Source: a virus
IMG/VR virus record: IMGVR_UViG_3300047445_000406
Span: 13,896 to 77,895 of that record
Strand: one strand, 5' to 3'
Length of the DNA stretch: 64,000 bases
Part shown: positions 28,141-37,199 of the stretch, in pieces
How positions within the stretch are numbered: the first letter of the stretch is position 1
Layout of the letters: each line of letters starts with the position of its first letter
The notes under the pieces: generated by a model
What the model was told of the DNA's origin: nothing
Seen by the model: only the letters and a program-made list of their open reading frames with translations
Database searches by the model: none
Translations under genes and position numbers: made by a program

Positions 28141-28158
28141 GGGTCGCTCCTTAGTTCT

Positions 28159-28836
28159 TTAGTTAATGTTGATGCCGTACCGTTCCGGCCAGCCGGTCAT
28201 GATGTTGTAGGCTTCCGGCGTGTCGGAGGCATTGAGCATGGCCCGGTGCTGCTCGGCCCGGATGAACAGGGAAGCGTCCAGTTCCTTGGTGGCCTGCACC
28301 ACGTCATAAGCCAGTTGCACCGTGACCGGAGCGAAGGTACCGCCCATGGTTTTCCACATCACCTGCTGGCCACCGAGCTTGATCGCTTCGTGCATGGGCT
28401 TGCCGTCGGCCAGCAGATCACGCGCCGAATCCTTCAGGCCCAGCCACTTGGTACGCGAAGCACCATCGGTATGAAACCAGGCACCACCCACCTTGACGCC
28501 ACCATCAACACGCGGACCATCCCGTTCCGCCTTGATGGCTTCCCATTTCTGAACCTTGGCGGCCGCACGGGAAGCGGCGATCTGCTCCTGTGGGATGTCC
28601 TGCACTTCCCACTGCTGCACCCAGTTGCCCAGGGCATCCTGCTGCACGCCGATGCGCACCACCACCTGGTTGATGCCGGGAGTGGGCTGCGGTGATGGCA
28701 GCACCGGATCGGCTGCCAACTCATCCAGCATGGATTGGCTCAGGATGGCCGGCAGCATCTTGGTCGGATGGATGGTATTGCGGAAGTCCTGGTCGGTGAC
28801 AATGGCGCCATTGACGCGCAGACGGTATTCGTTCAT
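28159..28836 (-). CDS. Tail fibre-associated protein (DUF4376-like C-terminus)
   Basis: WEAIKAERD...GGVKVGGAWFHTD..SR...WKTM...; downstream of the fibre genes. Confidence 0.75.
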   Translation of the reverse strand: MNEYRLRVNGAIVTDQDFRNTIHPTKMLPAILSQSMLDELAADPVLPSPQPTPGINQVVVRIGVQQDALGNWVQQWEVQDIPQEQIAASRAAAKVQKWEAIKAERDGPRVDGGVKVGGAWFHTDGASRTKWLGLKDSARDLLADGKPMHEAIKLGGQQVMWKTMGGTFAPVTVQLAYDVVQATKELDASLFIRAEQHRAMLNASDTPEAYNIMTGWPERYGININ

Positions 28837-28848
28837 GGGTAGTCCTTA

Positions 28849-30828
28849 TTAAGCGATGGCCAGGTAAATGTAGTTGGCCGCATTCACGTTGAGGTTGGTG
28901 GCCGCCAGTTGGTTGATGATGAAGCCAGAGGCATCTGGATCGATGCTGTCATCGGTGGTGACTTCGGCTGCAGTTCCATTAAGACTGAGATGAGGGTCGT
29001 TACCAGCTACGATGCCACGCACGGTGTCCCACACAAACCAGTCCCCCGTGCTATCGGTACGTTTAATCAGTACAAAGCGAGCACCTGCGGTGAAGCCACA
29101 GTTAATCGTCTGCGAACTGCCATTACCCACATAGGAACTCACTTTACTAACACCTGCCAGTGTCGCAAATAAATAAGCAACAAAGTTAACACCATTGCCA
29201 TTGACTTCCGGGGCATTACTAACAGTGAATACGCTGGATGTCATACCATCTGTTTTACAGATAGCAGAGTTTTGTACCGCATAGTTCAAGTCGAGATACA
29301 GTCCTTTACTGCTATTACCAGAGTAAGCACCCAAAGAAGCACAGAATACTTGCCAATGATATGTACTATTCCGTGACTTAAAAATGATCATCTCTGGGGG
29401 TACAGCAAGACCATGAGATATTGCCCTTGAAGCATTGCTATTACCTGTATAGCAAACTTCATCCATAAATCCTGGAGCACGTTTGAAGAAGTGATTTATG
29501 TACGTTTGAGCATTCGCATTGACAGAACCGCCAGCCCCATTGATGGTGTATCCATCTGGATTCAGTGTGGAAAGTTGTCCAGTTTCTCCAGTGGTTTCCG
29601 CATCGATGGTATCGAATTTGAGGCGCGGCGAACCGGTAATATTGGGTAATACCCCACGTAGACGGTCAAAGGTATGCCAATCCGAATCAGAGCCACGGGC
29701 ACGCTGTGAACTCCACAACCAGTCCGGAGAAAAGCCTACTCCGGTCACCGTTGCAGCAGCTCCTGTCCCAGTCCTGGCAATGGCGTTATATACCTGGGTG
29801 CCGCTAGTGGGTGGTTTGTTCGGGCGGCGAATCGCTACGTAAATAAACGTAGCACCGGATCCCGACCAAGAAGCGCCGACATTAAATCCAAAAGGCCGTG
29901 GACCAAGACCGTATCCATCGCTCCAGGTGCCTTCTGTGTCAGGTAAGTTTGGAACTATGACCTTGTCACCGCCATCAGCAGGTAAACCCCTGGCGTTATC
30001 CAGAATAAACCAATTACTGGTATAGCCGGCCGCTTTGCAAAAAACCATTTGTGGTTCCCAGCCCAGCGTCACATCCTGTGCAGTGGATGCGTTGTAATCA
30101 AATGATCCGCATTGAATCAGACCATCCGCACTGGGATCATGAGCAAACAGATAGGCGACGTAATTGATGCCGTTCGCATTGACGGCAGTAATGTCTACAC
30201 CACCAGCATAGACCGTGAATGCGGATGCACTGGTAATGCCGGCGTAACCATTATTAATCGCGGCGGCGCTATTTTCTGCACCGGTGGTGTTAAGGGTCAC
30301 CGCATGGAAAGTGGAGCCATTGCTGTTCCTGCCACGAAGGGTCCAATTGGAGGTGGAATTGAATGCCTTGATGACCACGACCCCGGTACCAATCCCCAGG
30401 TTGTGTGGGATCTGCCTGCCGGAGGTACCGTCACCTGTGTAAGTCACAATGTCAAAAAACTTCGGCGCCTTGCGGAACGTCCAGGAGACATAAGTATTGC
30501 CGTTGACGTTGATCTTTGCGTAGCTTCCCATCGAGAAGCCATTGCTGTTGAAGGCATTGATGGAAGTGCTGTCGGTAATTTCTGCACCAGTGGTATCCGA
30601 CCGTATCTGTTTATTCACACCCCTGGCCGTATCCACCCAATTATGTTCGGTAGCAATGTCACGGCCTTTAATCCAGACTAGACCACCCTTGCCAGCCAGG
30701 TCGATGCCATTGTTGATCGACTGGCTGCTACCATTGCCGGTGTAGGTATAAGTCGAGAACACGTCTTCAGCATAAAGCTTAGGACCAGGATTGCCGCTGG
30801 AGCCCAGCACTGCAGCAAGTTTGCTCAT
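28849..30828 (-). CDS. Tail fibre / receptor-binding protein with repeated beta modules
   Basis: Repeats of YTGNG...hxxG..P..hhhKxR...W...YVAYLFA; G/S/T/N-rich. Confidence 0.8.
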   Translation of the reverse strand: MSKLAAVLGSSGNPGPKLYAEDVFSTYTYTGNGSSQSINNGIDLAGKGGLVWIKGRDIATEHNWVDTARGVNKQIRSDTTGAEITDSTSINAFNSNGFSMGSYAKINVNGNTYVSWTFRKAPKFFDIVTYTGDGTSGRQIPHNLGIGTGVVVIKAFNSTSNWTLRGRNSNGSTFHAVTLNTTGAENSAAAINNGYAGITSASAFTVYAGGVDITAVNANGINYVAYLFAHDPSADGLIQCGSFDYNASTAQDVTLGWEPQMVFCKAAGYTSNWFILDNARGLPADGGDKVIVPNLPDTEGTWSDGYGLGPRPFGFNVGASWSGSGATFIYVAIRRPNKPPTSGTQVYNAIARTGTGAAATVTGVGFSPDWLWSSQRARGSDSDWHTFDRLRGVLPNITGSPRLKFDTIDAETTGETGQLSTLNPDGYTINGAGGSVNANAQTYINHFFKRAPGFMDEVCYTGNSNASRAISHGLAVPPEMIIFKSRNSTYHWQVFCASLGAYSGNSSKGLYLDLNYAVQNSAICKTDGMTSSVFTVSNAPEVNGNGVNFVAYLFATLAGVSKVSSYVGNGSSQTINCGFTAGARFVLIKRTDSTGDWFVWDTVRGIVAGNDPHLSLNGTAAEVTTDDSIDPDASGFIINQLAATNLNVNAANYIYLAIA

Positions 30829-32129
30829 ACCAGTTTCCCATACAGAGTAGCGCCTGCATCATCGGACCAGATCAGGGCGAAGTCGGTACCGGCCGATTGC
30901 AGGGCCGGACGGTTAATGGAAGTCAGATAGGTGGCGAAGGTTGTGGTCTGCGTACCATCCGGCTTGATCCAGTTGATGGTGGGTAGGGTCACTACTGCCG
31001 AGCCGGCATTCACCAGCTTGAGCTTGATGGCGGTGTCGATGCCGGAGGCAGGCCAATTGGAGAAGGCGATGGTCAGGGCACCGGATACCTGCAGGCGCTG
31101 TTCAAACGCTGCCTGCACATCAAAGGTAACGGTACCGGTACCGATCGTGCCCTTGTCGATGCGGCTGTGAGTCAGGTTGCCGGTCATATTGCTACCGGCC
31201 CGGTTGACGGTACCGGCTGCCGGATCGACGGTCAGCATGAACTGGGTGGTGGTGATGGCGCGAATGTTGACCTTGTCATTGGCCGCCAGCGTCACCGTGC
31301 TACCAGAGGACACGCCATCGATGATCAGGTTGGCACCAGCGGTGAAAGATGCTGCAGCAGCACAAATCAGGGTACGACGGGCACCGGCCTGCGGTGCTGC
31401 CGGGAAGGCCGTGGTGGTGGCGGTACCGGTCCAGTCGATGTCATTGCCGGCTGCGCCCCAGATGTCAGCGGTGGTTGCGTGCGACGCCACCGTAGCACGG
31501 GCCAGGTTCAGCGCACCGGTCATGGAGCCACCAGCCTTGGCCAGCTTGGTGGCGATGGAATTGGTCACCGTGGTAGCGAAGGCCGGGTCATTGCCCAGTG
31601 CTGCCGCCAGTTCATTCAGCGTATCCAGTGCCGCACCGGCACCATTGATCAGGTTGTTGATCTGCGTGGTGACGTAGGTGATGTCAGCCTTCAGGGCCAA
31701 TGCCGCATTGACCGTGGAAGTGGTAGGACGGGCCGCCACATCGGTGGTCAGCGTGTTCAGAGCTGCCGTGGTACCCGCTGCATCAGCCTTGGTGGCCAGT
31801 GCCGCAGTGGTATCGGCCGCATTGGCCTTGTCCATCATCGACAGGGCAGTCACCCTGGCTTCCACCACAGCACCGGTCAGGAACTGGGTACCGACCGCAC
31901 CTTCGATATCGCGCACCACCGTACACTGGTTGCCGGTGTAGGAAGTCACCTTGACCACGGTATGGCCGGACTCGGCGACACCGGACAGGTTGAACACAGT
32001 CAGGTAAATGAATTCGGCACCCGCCAAGGCCGGCAAGCCAGCAGTACTGGCCAGCTGCAGCGTGGTGTCAGTGGTACCAAAGGTGGCAGCCACCGTGGTA
32101 CGGAAATTGTTGACGAACTTTTGCGTCAT
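30825..32129 (-). CDS. Tail fibre protein
   Basis: LDTLNELAAALGNDPAFATT and KAGGSMTGAL fibre motifs; start at ATG 32129. Confidence 0.85.
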   Translation of the reverse strand: MTQKFVNNFRTTVAATFGTTDTTLQLASTAGLPALAGAEFIYLTVFNLSGVAESGHTVVKVTSYTGNQCTVVRDIEGAVGTQFLTGAVVEARVTALSMMDKANAADTTAALATKADAAGTTAALNTLTTDVAARPTTSTVNAALALKADITYVTTQINNLINGAGAALDTLNELAAALGNDPAFATTVTNSIATKLAKAGGSMTGALNLARATVASHATTADIWGAAGNDIDWTGTATTTAFPAAPQAGARRTLICAAAASFTAGANLIIDGVSSGSTVTLAANDKVNIRAITTTQFMLTVDPAAGTVNRAGSNMTGNLTHSRIDKGTIGTGTVTFDVQAAFEQRLQVSGALTIAFSNWPASGIDTAIKLKLVNAGSAVVTLPTINWIKPDGTQTTTFATYLTSINRPALQSAGTDFALIWSDDAGATLYGKLV

Positions 32130-32455
32130 TACGCCACCTTGAGAGTGAACGGCGGCCAACGCACGCCGAGCGTGTTAATCGGGTCGTAAGTCACCAGGTA
32201 AGCCTTGTAGCGGCCTTTCTGGTCTGCGGTGAGGTCATCACCGATGGTGATTTCCACGATCCCGTTTTCCTTTTCCAGGAACAGGCCGGCATTGCTGTTG
32301 GCCACATCGAGATCGGTGAAGCGGATGTCCGGATCACCCTCGGACAGCACCAGCTCATAGCCAGTGACCGAGAGCAGATTGATCGGCTCCCCTGCACGCA
32401 CCAGTTGCAGGGAGAACGTGTTGTTCCGGCCTGCGAAAATCGTTTCAGTAATCAT
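32129..32455 (-). CDS. Putative tail/adaptor structural protein
   Basis: RBS GGAGG; beta-rich; in the tail module. Confidence 0.6.
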   Translation of the reverse strand: MITETIFAGRNNTFSLQLVRAGEPINLLSVTGYELVLSEGDPDIRFTDLDVANSNAGLFLEKENGIVEITIGDDLTADQKGRYKAYLVTYDPINTLGVRWPPFTLKVA

Positions 32456-32493
32456 GAGGGGAGCCTCCTGCCAGTTGCTTAGGGGTTTAGTGA

Positions 32494-32916
32494 TTAGTCG
32501 TTGATCTGGAAGAACAGGTCATCGACGGTCACGTTCGCGCCGACACCGGTCACGGTCTTGCCGGTACCGTAGTCACGCGCCATCAGGATGGTGCCACCCA
32601 AGCCAGACGAGTTGGAGATCACTGCCCAGCGCAGCGTGTTCCAGTTGTCGGCAGTGGTGGTCCAGGTCTGGTCGGCCAGTCGAACACGGATGCCACCGGT
32701 ACCGGGTTCCACCGTCCAGTCGGCTGGTGCCAGGGTCTTCACCGCGTAGCCGGAACCCGCTTGCACCTGGGCTGCGATGTCGGCCATGGTGGTCGCTTCG
32801 GTGATGTTGGCCTCATCCTTGAACAGGTGCAGATACAGGTTGGTGGGTGCGGCGCCGCCGCTGAAGTAGGCCGCCAGGACGGCGGTGCGCATTTCTTGGG
32901 ATACCAGGTTTGCCAT
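32494..32916 (-). CDS. Putative tail structural protein
   Basis: LYLHLF...GSGYA..TL....W pattern typical of small tail proteins. Confidence 0.65.
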   Translation of the reverse strand: MANLVSQEMRTAVLAAYFSGGAAPTNLYLHLFKDEANITEATTMADIAAQVQAGSGYAVKTLAPADWTVEPGTGGIRVRLADQTWTTTADNWNTLRWAVISNSSGLGGTILMARDYGTGKTVTGVGANVTVDDLFFQIND

Positions 32917-32940
32917 AATGATTTTCCTTTGGAAGAGAGA

Positions 32941-34083
32941 TTAAATATCCGAGGTCGGATGCTTGATATCGAGCAGCACGGTCGCGGATCGGATTTCCAG
33001 CGCCCAGGTATTGAGCAGCGGATCTTGGAAGCCCTGCACCATCTCACCGTGCAGCGTGCCGGATGCTGCGATACCGCCTTGCAGCAGTGCCTGGGACTTG
33101 AGTTGGCCACCGAGAATCGGGGCAGCGACCGTCACGCCATCGCGCAAGACTTGCGAGGCCGTGATGCCCTTGCCACCCAATACGCAATTGCTGCTGATGC
33201 CTTGTTGCAGCTTGGCTGTGATCTTGAAACCAGCCCCCATGGAGGGATCCTTACCGACCCCGCCGTTGGCGGCCGGCGACAGCAGCTGACCGGCACCGAA
33301 GGTCCAGGAAGTCTGGATGCCGCCATTGCCGACCGGCGAGATCAACAGGCCGCCGCCCATGTCGCAGATGGACAGGATGCCGTGCTGCAGCCTGGCTTCG
33401 CAGTCGAGTTCCTTGCCCAGTTCCCAGGTGCCGAGGATGCCGCCGCGCAGATAGGCCGGATATTTCAAGGAGCCGCCCACCGTGTTACCGGAAACCAGAC
33501 CACCGGACAGTGCCCGGCCCAGCTTCATGGCATTGCTGCCGACCTGGCAGGTGGCCTTGACGCCATCGGAAACCAGGACCGTCGAGCCGCGGATGCCACC
33601 ACCGACATAGGCAGTACTGCAAACGCCGCCATTGACGGTGGTGTTGGCTTTGATGGTGCCACCCAGCTGGGTATGCTTGCCCAATTGTGGCGTCTGCAGC
33701 AGTACATGGGTGACCAGCTGGCCGCCCACTTCGGATGGACACTTGATGCCCGACTTCAGGGCCGGATCGAAGGACAGCGGCAGGCTATCCAGGGTGTACG
33801 AGCTGTGGATGCCCTGCTGCAGGTTGGCGGTCATGAACAGCTTGCCGCCCATGCCCACCGCTGCGACAGTGCCTCCGCGCAGCTGCGCTGCGACCCGGCC
33901 CTGCGCATCGGACACCGAGAACAGGCCACCCGTCAGGATGGCGCCAGTAATCAGGGCCGAGGAAACCAGGGAAGCACAGGCAATCCCGCCAGACAGCACG
34001 GCATTGTGGCCAGTGTCGGCAGGTCCGTTCAGGTTCGAGGCATTGACGGCAGCATTATTCATTTCGCTATTGTCTCCTAACAA
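32941..34083 (-). CDS. Gly-rich repetitive tail protein
   Basis: About 20-aa quasi-repeats L..G......hGG.L; start is TTG 34083 or ATG 34062. Confidence 0.65.
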   Translation of the reverse strand: MLGDNSEMNNAAVNASNLNGPADTGHNAVLSGGIACASLVSSALITGAILTGGLFSVSDAQGRVAAQLRGGTVAAVGMGGKLFMTANLQQGIHSSYTLDSLPLSFDPALKSGIKCPSEVGGQLVTHVLLQTPQLGKHTQLGGTIKANTTVNGGVCSTAYVGGGIRGSTVLVSDGVKATCQVGSNAMKLGRALSGGLVSGNTVGGSLKYPAYLRGGILGTWELGKELDCEARLQHGILSICDMGGGLLISPVGNGGIQTSWTFGAGQLLSPAANGGVGKDPSMGAGFKITAKLQQGISSNCVLGGKGITASQVLRDGVTVAAPILGGQLKSQALLQGGIAASGTLHGEMVQGFQDPLLNTWALEIRSATVLLDIKHPTSDI

Positions 34084-34110
34084 CAGAGTTTAATCAAAGT
34101 AATCTTGCAA

Positions 34111-34575
34111 TCAAGCCACGTTTGGCTTAGGAATATTTTCCTTGACCGCCCGGCAGGCTGCCAGATAGTCCTGCAAGGGTTGCTCATTGCCCATTGATTG
34201 GTGGACCAGTGCATCAGCCAGGTCCGACAGCGGAGGATAGGCCCGTACCCGGTCGATCCGGCATTGTGTAACCGCATCGGCCTGCTTTTCCGTGGGAGAA
34301 CGCAGGTCCAGGGCTTTACGTTGGGGCATGCACCAGGTCCAGCCGACAGGACAGTTGTCCTTGGCCACCTGTTCCAGGGCTGTGTAGGTCCGCAGTTCCC
34401 TGGTTTCCAGGTAGATGTACTGGGTCTGGGCATTGGCCTCACCCACATACAGGTAGTCATCCTGCTGATGCTTGAGCATGAACTCTGGCATCTCGCCGAT
34501 AAACTGGATCTGACCATCGACGCCATACTTGGCGAACTTCACCATGGTGCTGTTCATATTGTTCGTGCTGTTCAT
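34111..34575 (-). CDS. Tail fibre assembly-like protein
   Basis: C-terminal RVRAYPPLSDLADAL...VKENIPK motif. Confidence 0.65.
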   Translation of the reverse strand: MNSTNNMNSTMVKFAKYGVDGQIQFIGEMPEFMLKHQQDDYLYVGEANAQTQYIYLETRELRTYTALEQVAKDNCPVGWTWCMPQRKALDLRSPTEKQADAVTQCRIDRVRAYPPLSDLADALVHQSMGNEQPLQDYLAACRAVKENIPKPNVA

Positions 34576-36158
34576 CGCATCACTCCCAGAACAAGGACGC
34601 TCCAGCGGGCCAGATCCCAGTCACCGAAGGACCAGGTATTGCCCACATAGACGCTGAAGGTATAGGTGCCGGCCGACAGCCGGGTCTTGGAACCAGCCGA
34701 ATGCGAGGACGAGATCCCGTTCGGTACCGAGTCATTCCAGAACAGCACTTGCTGGCCATTGGCTTCCACCGTGATGGAGCATTCGCCGGCATGCGACCGG
34801 GGATCCATCGATTGCCAGTTGGCCAGGATGGCCACATCGGTGTCGTAGGGATAGACCACCGTGAAGTTGGCAATGTTTTTCTTGCTGCCCGGCGTGATGA
34901 AGGTGGCCCCACCATAGCCGGAAGTGAAGACCGGAATGGTCACCGCATTACCGGCGATCTTCAGGGTGTCGATGTCGGCGGTGCGGATACGCGCCTTGTC
35001 GATATACACGATGCCGGAGTCGATGATGAAGGGTTTGACCTTGTCCGGCCCGGTGCGTCCCACCCAGAAGCGATCGACATCGAAGCCAGCCTCCACCGTG
35101 CGGCCATCGTTGTAGACGCCGAAGCCACCGATCAGATCATTGACCTGGACCTTGGCCGTGTACAGGGCGCCGATCGAGGTGACCTTGCCATCCAGGGCCG
35201 TGACCTTGGTAGAGAGGCCAATCTGGCCGGTGGCCACATTCCCGTACAGGGACGACTCTACCCCGGTGGTGCGGGAAGCCAGGGCAGTATCGGCATTGGC
35301 TCGCACCGTCTGCTCATCGCGGATGGTCGCTTCCGCCGATCCGACGCGGGAAGTCAGGGTACTGATCTGGGACGCCATGGCCGAATCGTTGGTCGATCGA
35401 ACCTGGGCCTCATTCTGGATGGCAGCCTGGTTGGCACCGGTCTGCACAAACAGGGTGCTGATCTGGCTTGCCTGGGCACTATCACTGGTGACCACGGCTT
35501 GCAGCTGCTGCAGGATCACGGCGAGATTGTTCTCATTGGCTGCTGCCAGGTTGTTCACCATGGTCACAATGGCGGAATCGCCCTCCGTGCGCTGGGTGAT
35601 CTCCTGCTGCACAAAGGTCATGGCTTGCTCAGCTCCGGATTGCACCAGAGCGATAGCAGCAGCCAAGGCTTCATTGGAATTGATCCGGTTCTGAATTTCT
35701 GCCAGCAATTGCTGACCTTGCAGGTTGATGCCTGCAATGGATTCCTTCAGGGATTGGGCCAGCACACCGTGATCGATCAAGCCAGTCAAGGACTCCAGTG
35801 TCTGCTCACCGCGTGGGCGAGCAATGGCTGATACCGGGCCGATGGCATCATTCAAGGTACCGTTGACGGTACGAACACGGATCCAGTACCAGTATTCCGT
35901 GTCGGCCGTAGGGTTGAGTGCATCGAAGTAGATGTTGCCACCCACCCGTGCTTGCTCTACCGCTTGCTCAAAAACATTGTTGGTGCCACGATACAGAATC
36001 GTGTGGGCCACTGCTTGCGGATTGACTGTCGGGAAACTCCACGACACGTTAATACCGCCATACACCGAGTTCGCACGCAGCGTCAAGGCGTTGTCCGGAT
36101 CCCCTGGTTTGGGACCGGTCCATCCGCCAGTGCCGCAGACGTTGTCTTCGCAGGACAT
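34572..36158 (-). CDS. Tail tip / host-specificity protein (J-like; FN3, coiled coil and DUF1983-type region)
   Basis: YWYWIRVRTVNG FN3-like segment, heptad coil, YTAKVQVN..IGGFG and PFIIDSGIVYIDKARI; ATG at 36158 after AAGGAG. Confidence 0.8.
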   Translation of the reverse strand: MSCEDNVCGTGGWTGPKPGDPDNALTLRANSVYGGINVSWSFPTVNPQAVAHTILYRGTNNVFEQAVEQARVGGNIYFDALNPTADTEYWYWIRVRTVNGTLNDAIGPVSAIARPRGEQTLESLTGLIDHGVLAQSLKESIAGINLQGQQLLAEIQNRINSNEALAAAIALVQSGAEQAMTFVQQEITQRTEGDSAIVTMVNNLAAANENNLAVILQQLQAVVTSDSAQASQISTLFVQTGANQAAIQNEAQVRSTNDSAMASQISTLTSRVGSAEATIRDEQTVRANADTALASRTTGVESSLYGNVATGQIGLSTKVTALDGKVTSIGALYTAKVQVNDLIGGFGVYNDGRTVEAGFDVDRFWVGRTGPDKVKPFIIDSGIVYIDKARIRTADIDTLKIAGNAVTIPVFTSGYGGATFITPGSKKNIANFTVVYPYDTDVAILANWQSMDPRSHAGECSITVEANGQQVLFWNDSVPNGISSSHSAGSKTRLSAGTYTFSVYVGNTWSFGDWDLARWSVLVLGVMR

Positions 36159-36212
36159 AGAGATCACTCCTTCAGATGAGGTGAGTGCTCACTTTGTAAC
36201 ATCACCCATAAA

Positions 36213-36228
36213 ATTGCCCTCTATCATA
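36213..36228 (-). promoter_or_regulatory. Candidate late promoter -10 for the tail/lysis operon
   Basis: Minus strand TATGAT-AGAGGGCAAT, similar to the element upstream of vRNAP. Confidence 0.45.
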
Positions 36229-36242
36229 AAGGATTTACCCCC

Positions 36243-37007
36243 ATGAAAGTTGAATATCAGAATCATTATCTCACTGATATGGACGTTGCGAACTTTGCAC
36301 GTTTGTCCTTCGCCAAGCTGGCGGAGAACTTCACCGAAGCCCAGAACCACTCACTGATCAAGTTCCTGGCCCGTGGCATGACCTCCGGCGACTGGGAAGG
36401 TCTGATCAACCGTATGCTGAGCCTGAACCTGGACAGTGCCAATGCGGAAGAGGCCTTCAAGAAAGCCAAAGACCTGGCCGTCTACCTGCGTAAAATTCCG
36501 GAACACTGGGTGCCATTCGGCCACCCACATATCAGCCTGCGCATGGAAGCCCCGATCGCCATCGCCCGCCAGCTGTTCAAGCACAAGATCGGCATGGTGG
36601 AATCGGAAGAGAGCCGTCGCTACATCAAGTCCGAGCCGATCATCTTCATCCCGGAGCACTTCCGTGCCGCTCCTGAAGGCAGCATCAAGCAGGGTTCGGC
36701 CGGCGTCCATATCCGCAGTGATGAATGGAAGAAGGTGTACACCGAGGTCACCGCGCATGTGGTGAGCATCTACCTGGACATGATTGCAGACGGTGTGGCG
36801 CCCGAAATGGCCCGCCTGGTGCTGCCACAGGGTGCCGAGGTGCACTGGGCCTTGACCGGTTCGCTGTATGCCTTCGCCAACATGTACAACCAGCGTGCCG
36901 ACGGCCATGCGCAGAAGGAAAGCCAGGAGATCGCACGCCAGATTGATGCAATCATCGCCCCGTTGTACCCGGTGTCGTGGGCCGCTCTGACCCGCGGTGA
37001 CTATTAA
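36243..37007 (+). CDS. thyX: Flavin-dependent thymidylate synthase
   Basis: VANFARLSF, HWVPFGH, ARQLFKH...EESRRY, APEMARLVLPQ and HAQKE. Confidence 0.92.
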   Translation: MKVEYQNHYLTDMDVANFARLSFAKLAENFTEAQNHSLIKFLARGMTSGDWEGLINRMLSLNLDSANAEEAFKKAKDLAVYLRKIPEHWVPFGHPHISLRMEAPIAIARQLFKHKIGMVESEESRRYIKSEPIIFIPEHFRAAPEGSIKQGSAGVHIRSDEWKKVYTEVTAHVVSIYLDMIADGVAPEMARLVLPQGAEVHWALTGSLYAFANMYNQRADGHAQKESQEIARQIDAIIAPLYPVSWAALTRGDY

Positions 37008-37010
37008 ATA

Positions 37011-37172
37011 CGCAGCATGACTTGTAGTCGTTAATGAAATAATAACGACCAGAAATATTTGTCATGAGCAATGGTTTTTTCCTGTAGGATTAAAGCCTCA
37101 CCGTCTAGTGCTGCCATGCTCGTGACGGATTTCCCCGGAGCCTCTGTACCTCGTGCATTGGCTCCTTTTTTT
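37011..37172 (+). promoter_or_regulatory. Structured leader/attenuator with intrinsic terminator upstream of nrdJ
   Basis: Long stem 37057-37074/37114-37130, hairpin 37027-37049, terminator 37137-37172. Confidence 0.55.
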
Positions 37173-37199
37173 CCTCCACTGCAATAAGAGAAAGAAACC

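Noticed and set aside
37011-37199. Cobalamin riboswitch upstream of the B12-dependent RNR
   Set aside because: The GGGAA core and B12-box are not recognisable; kept only as an unclassified structured leader.
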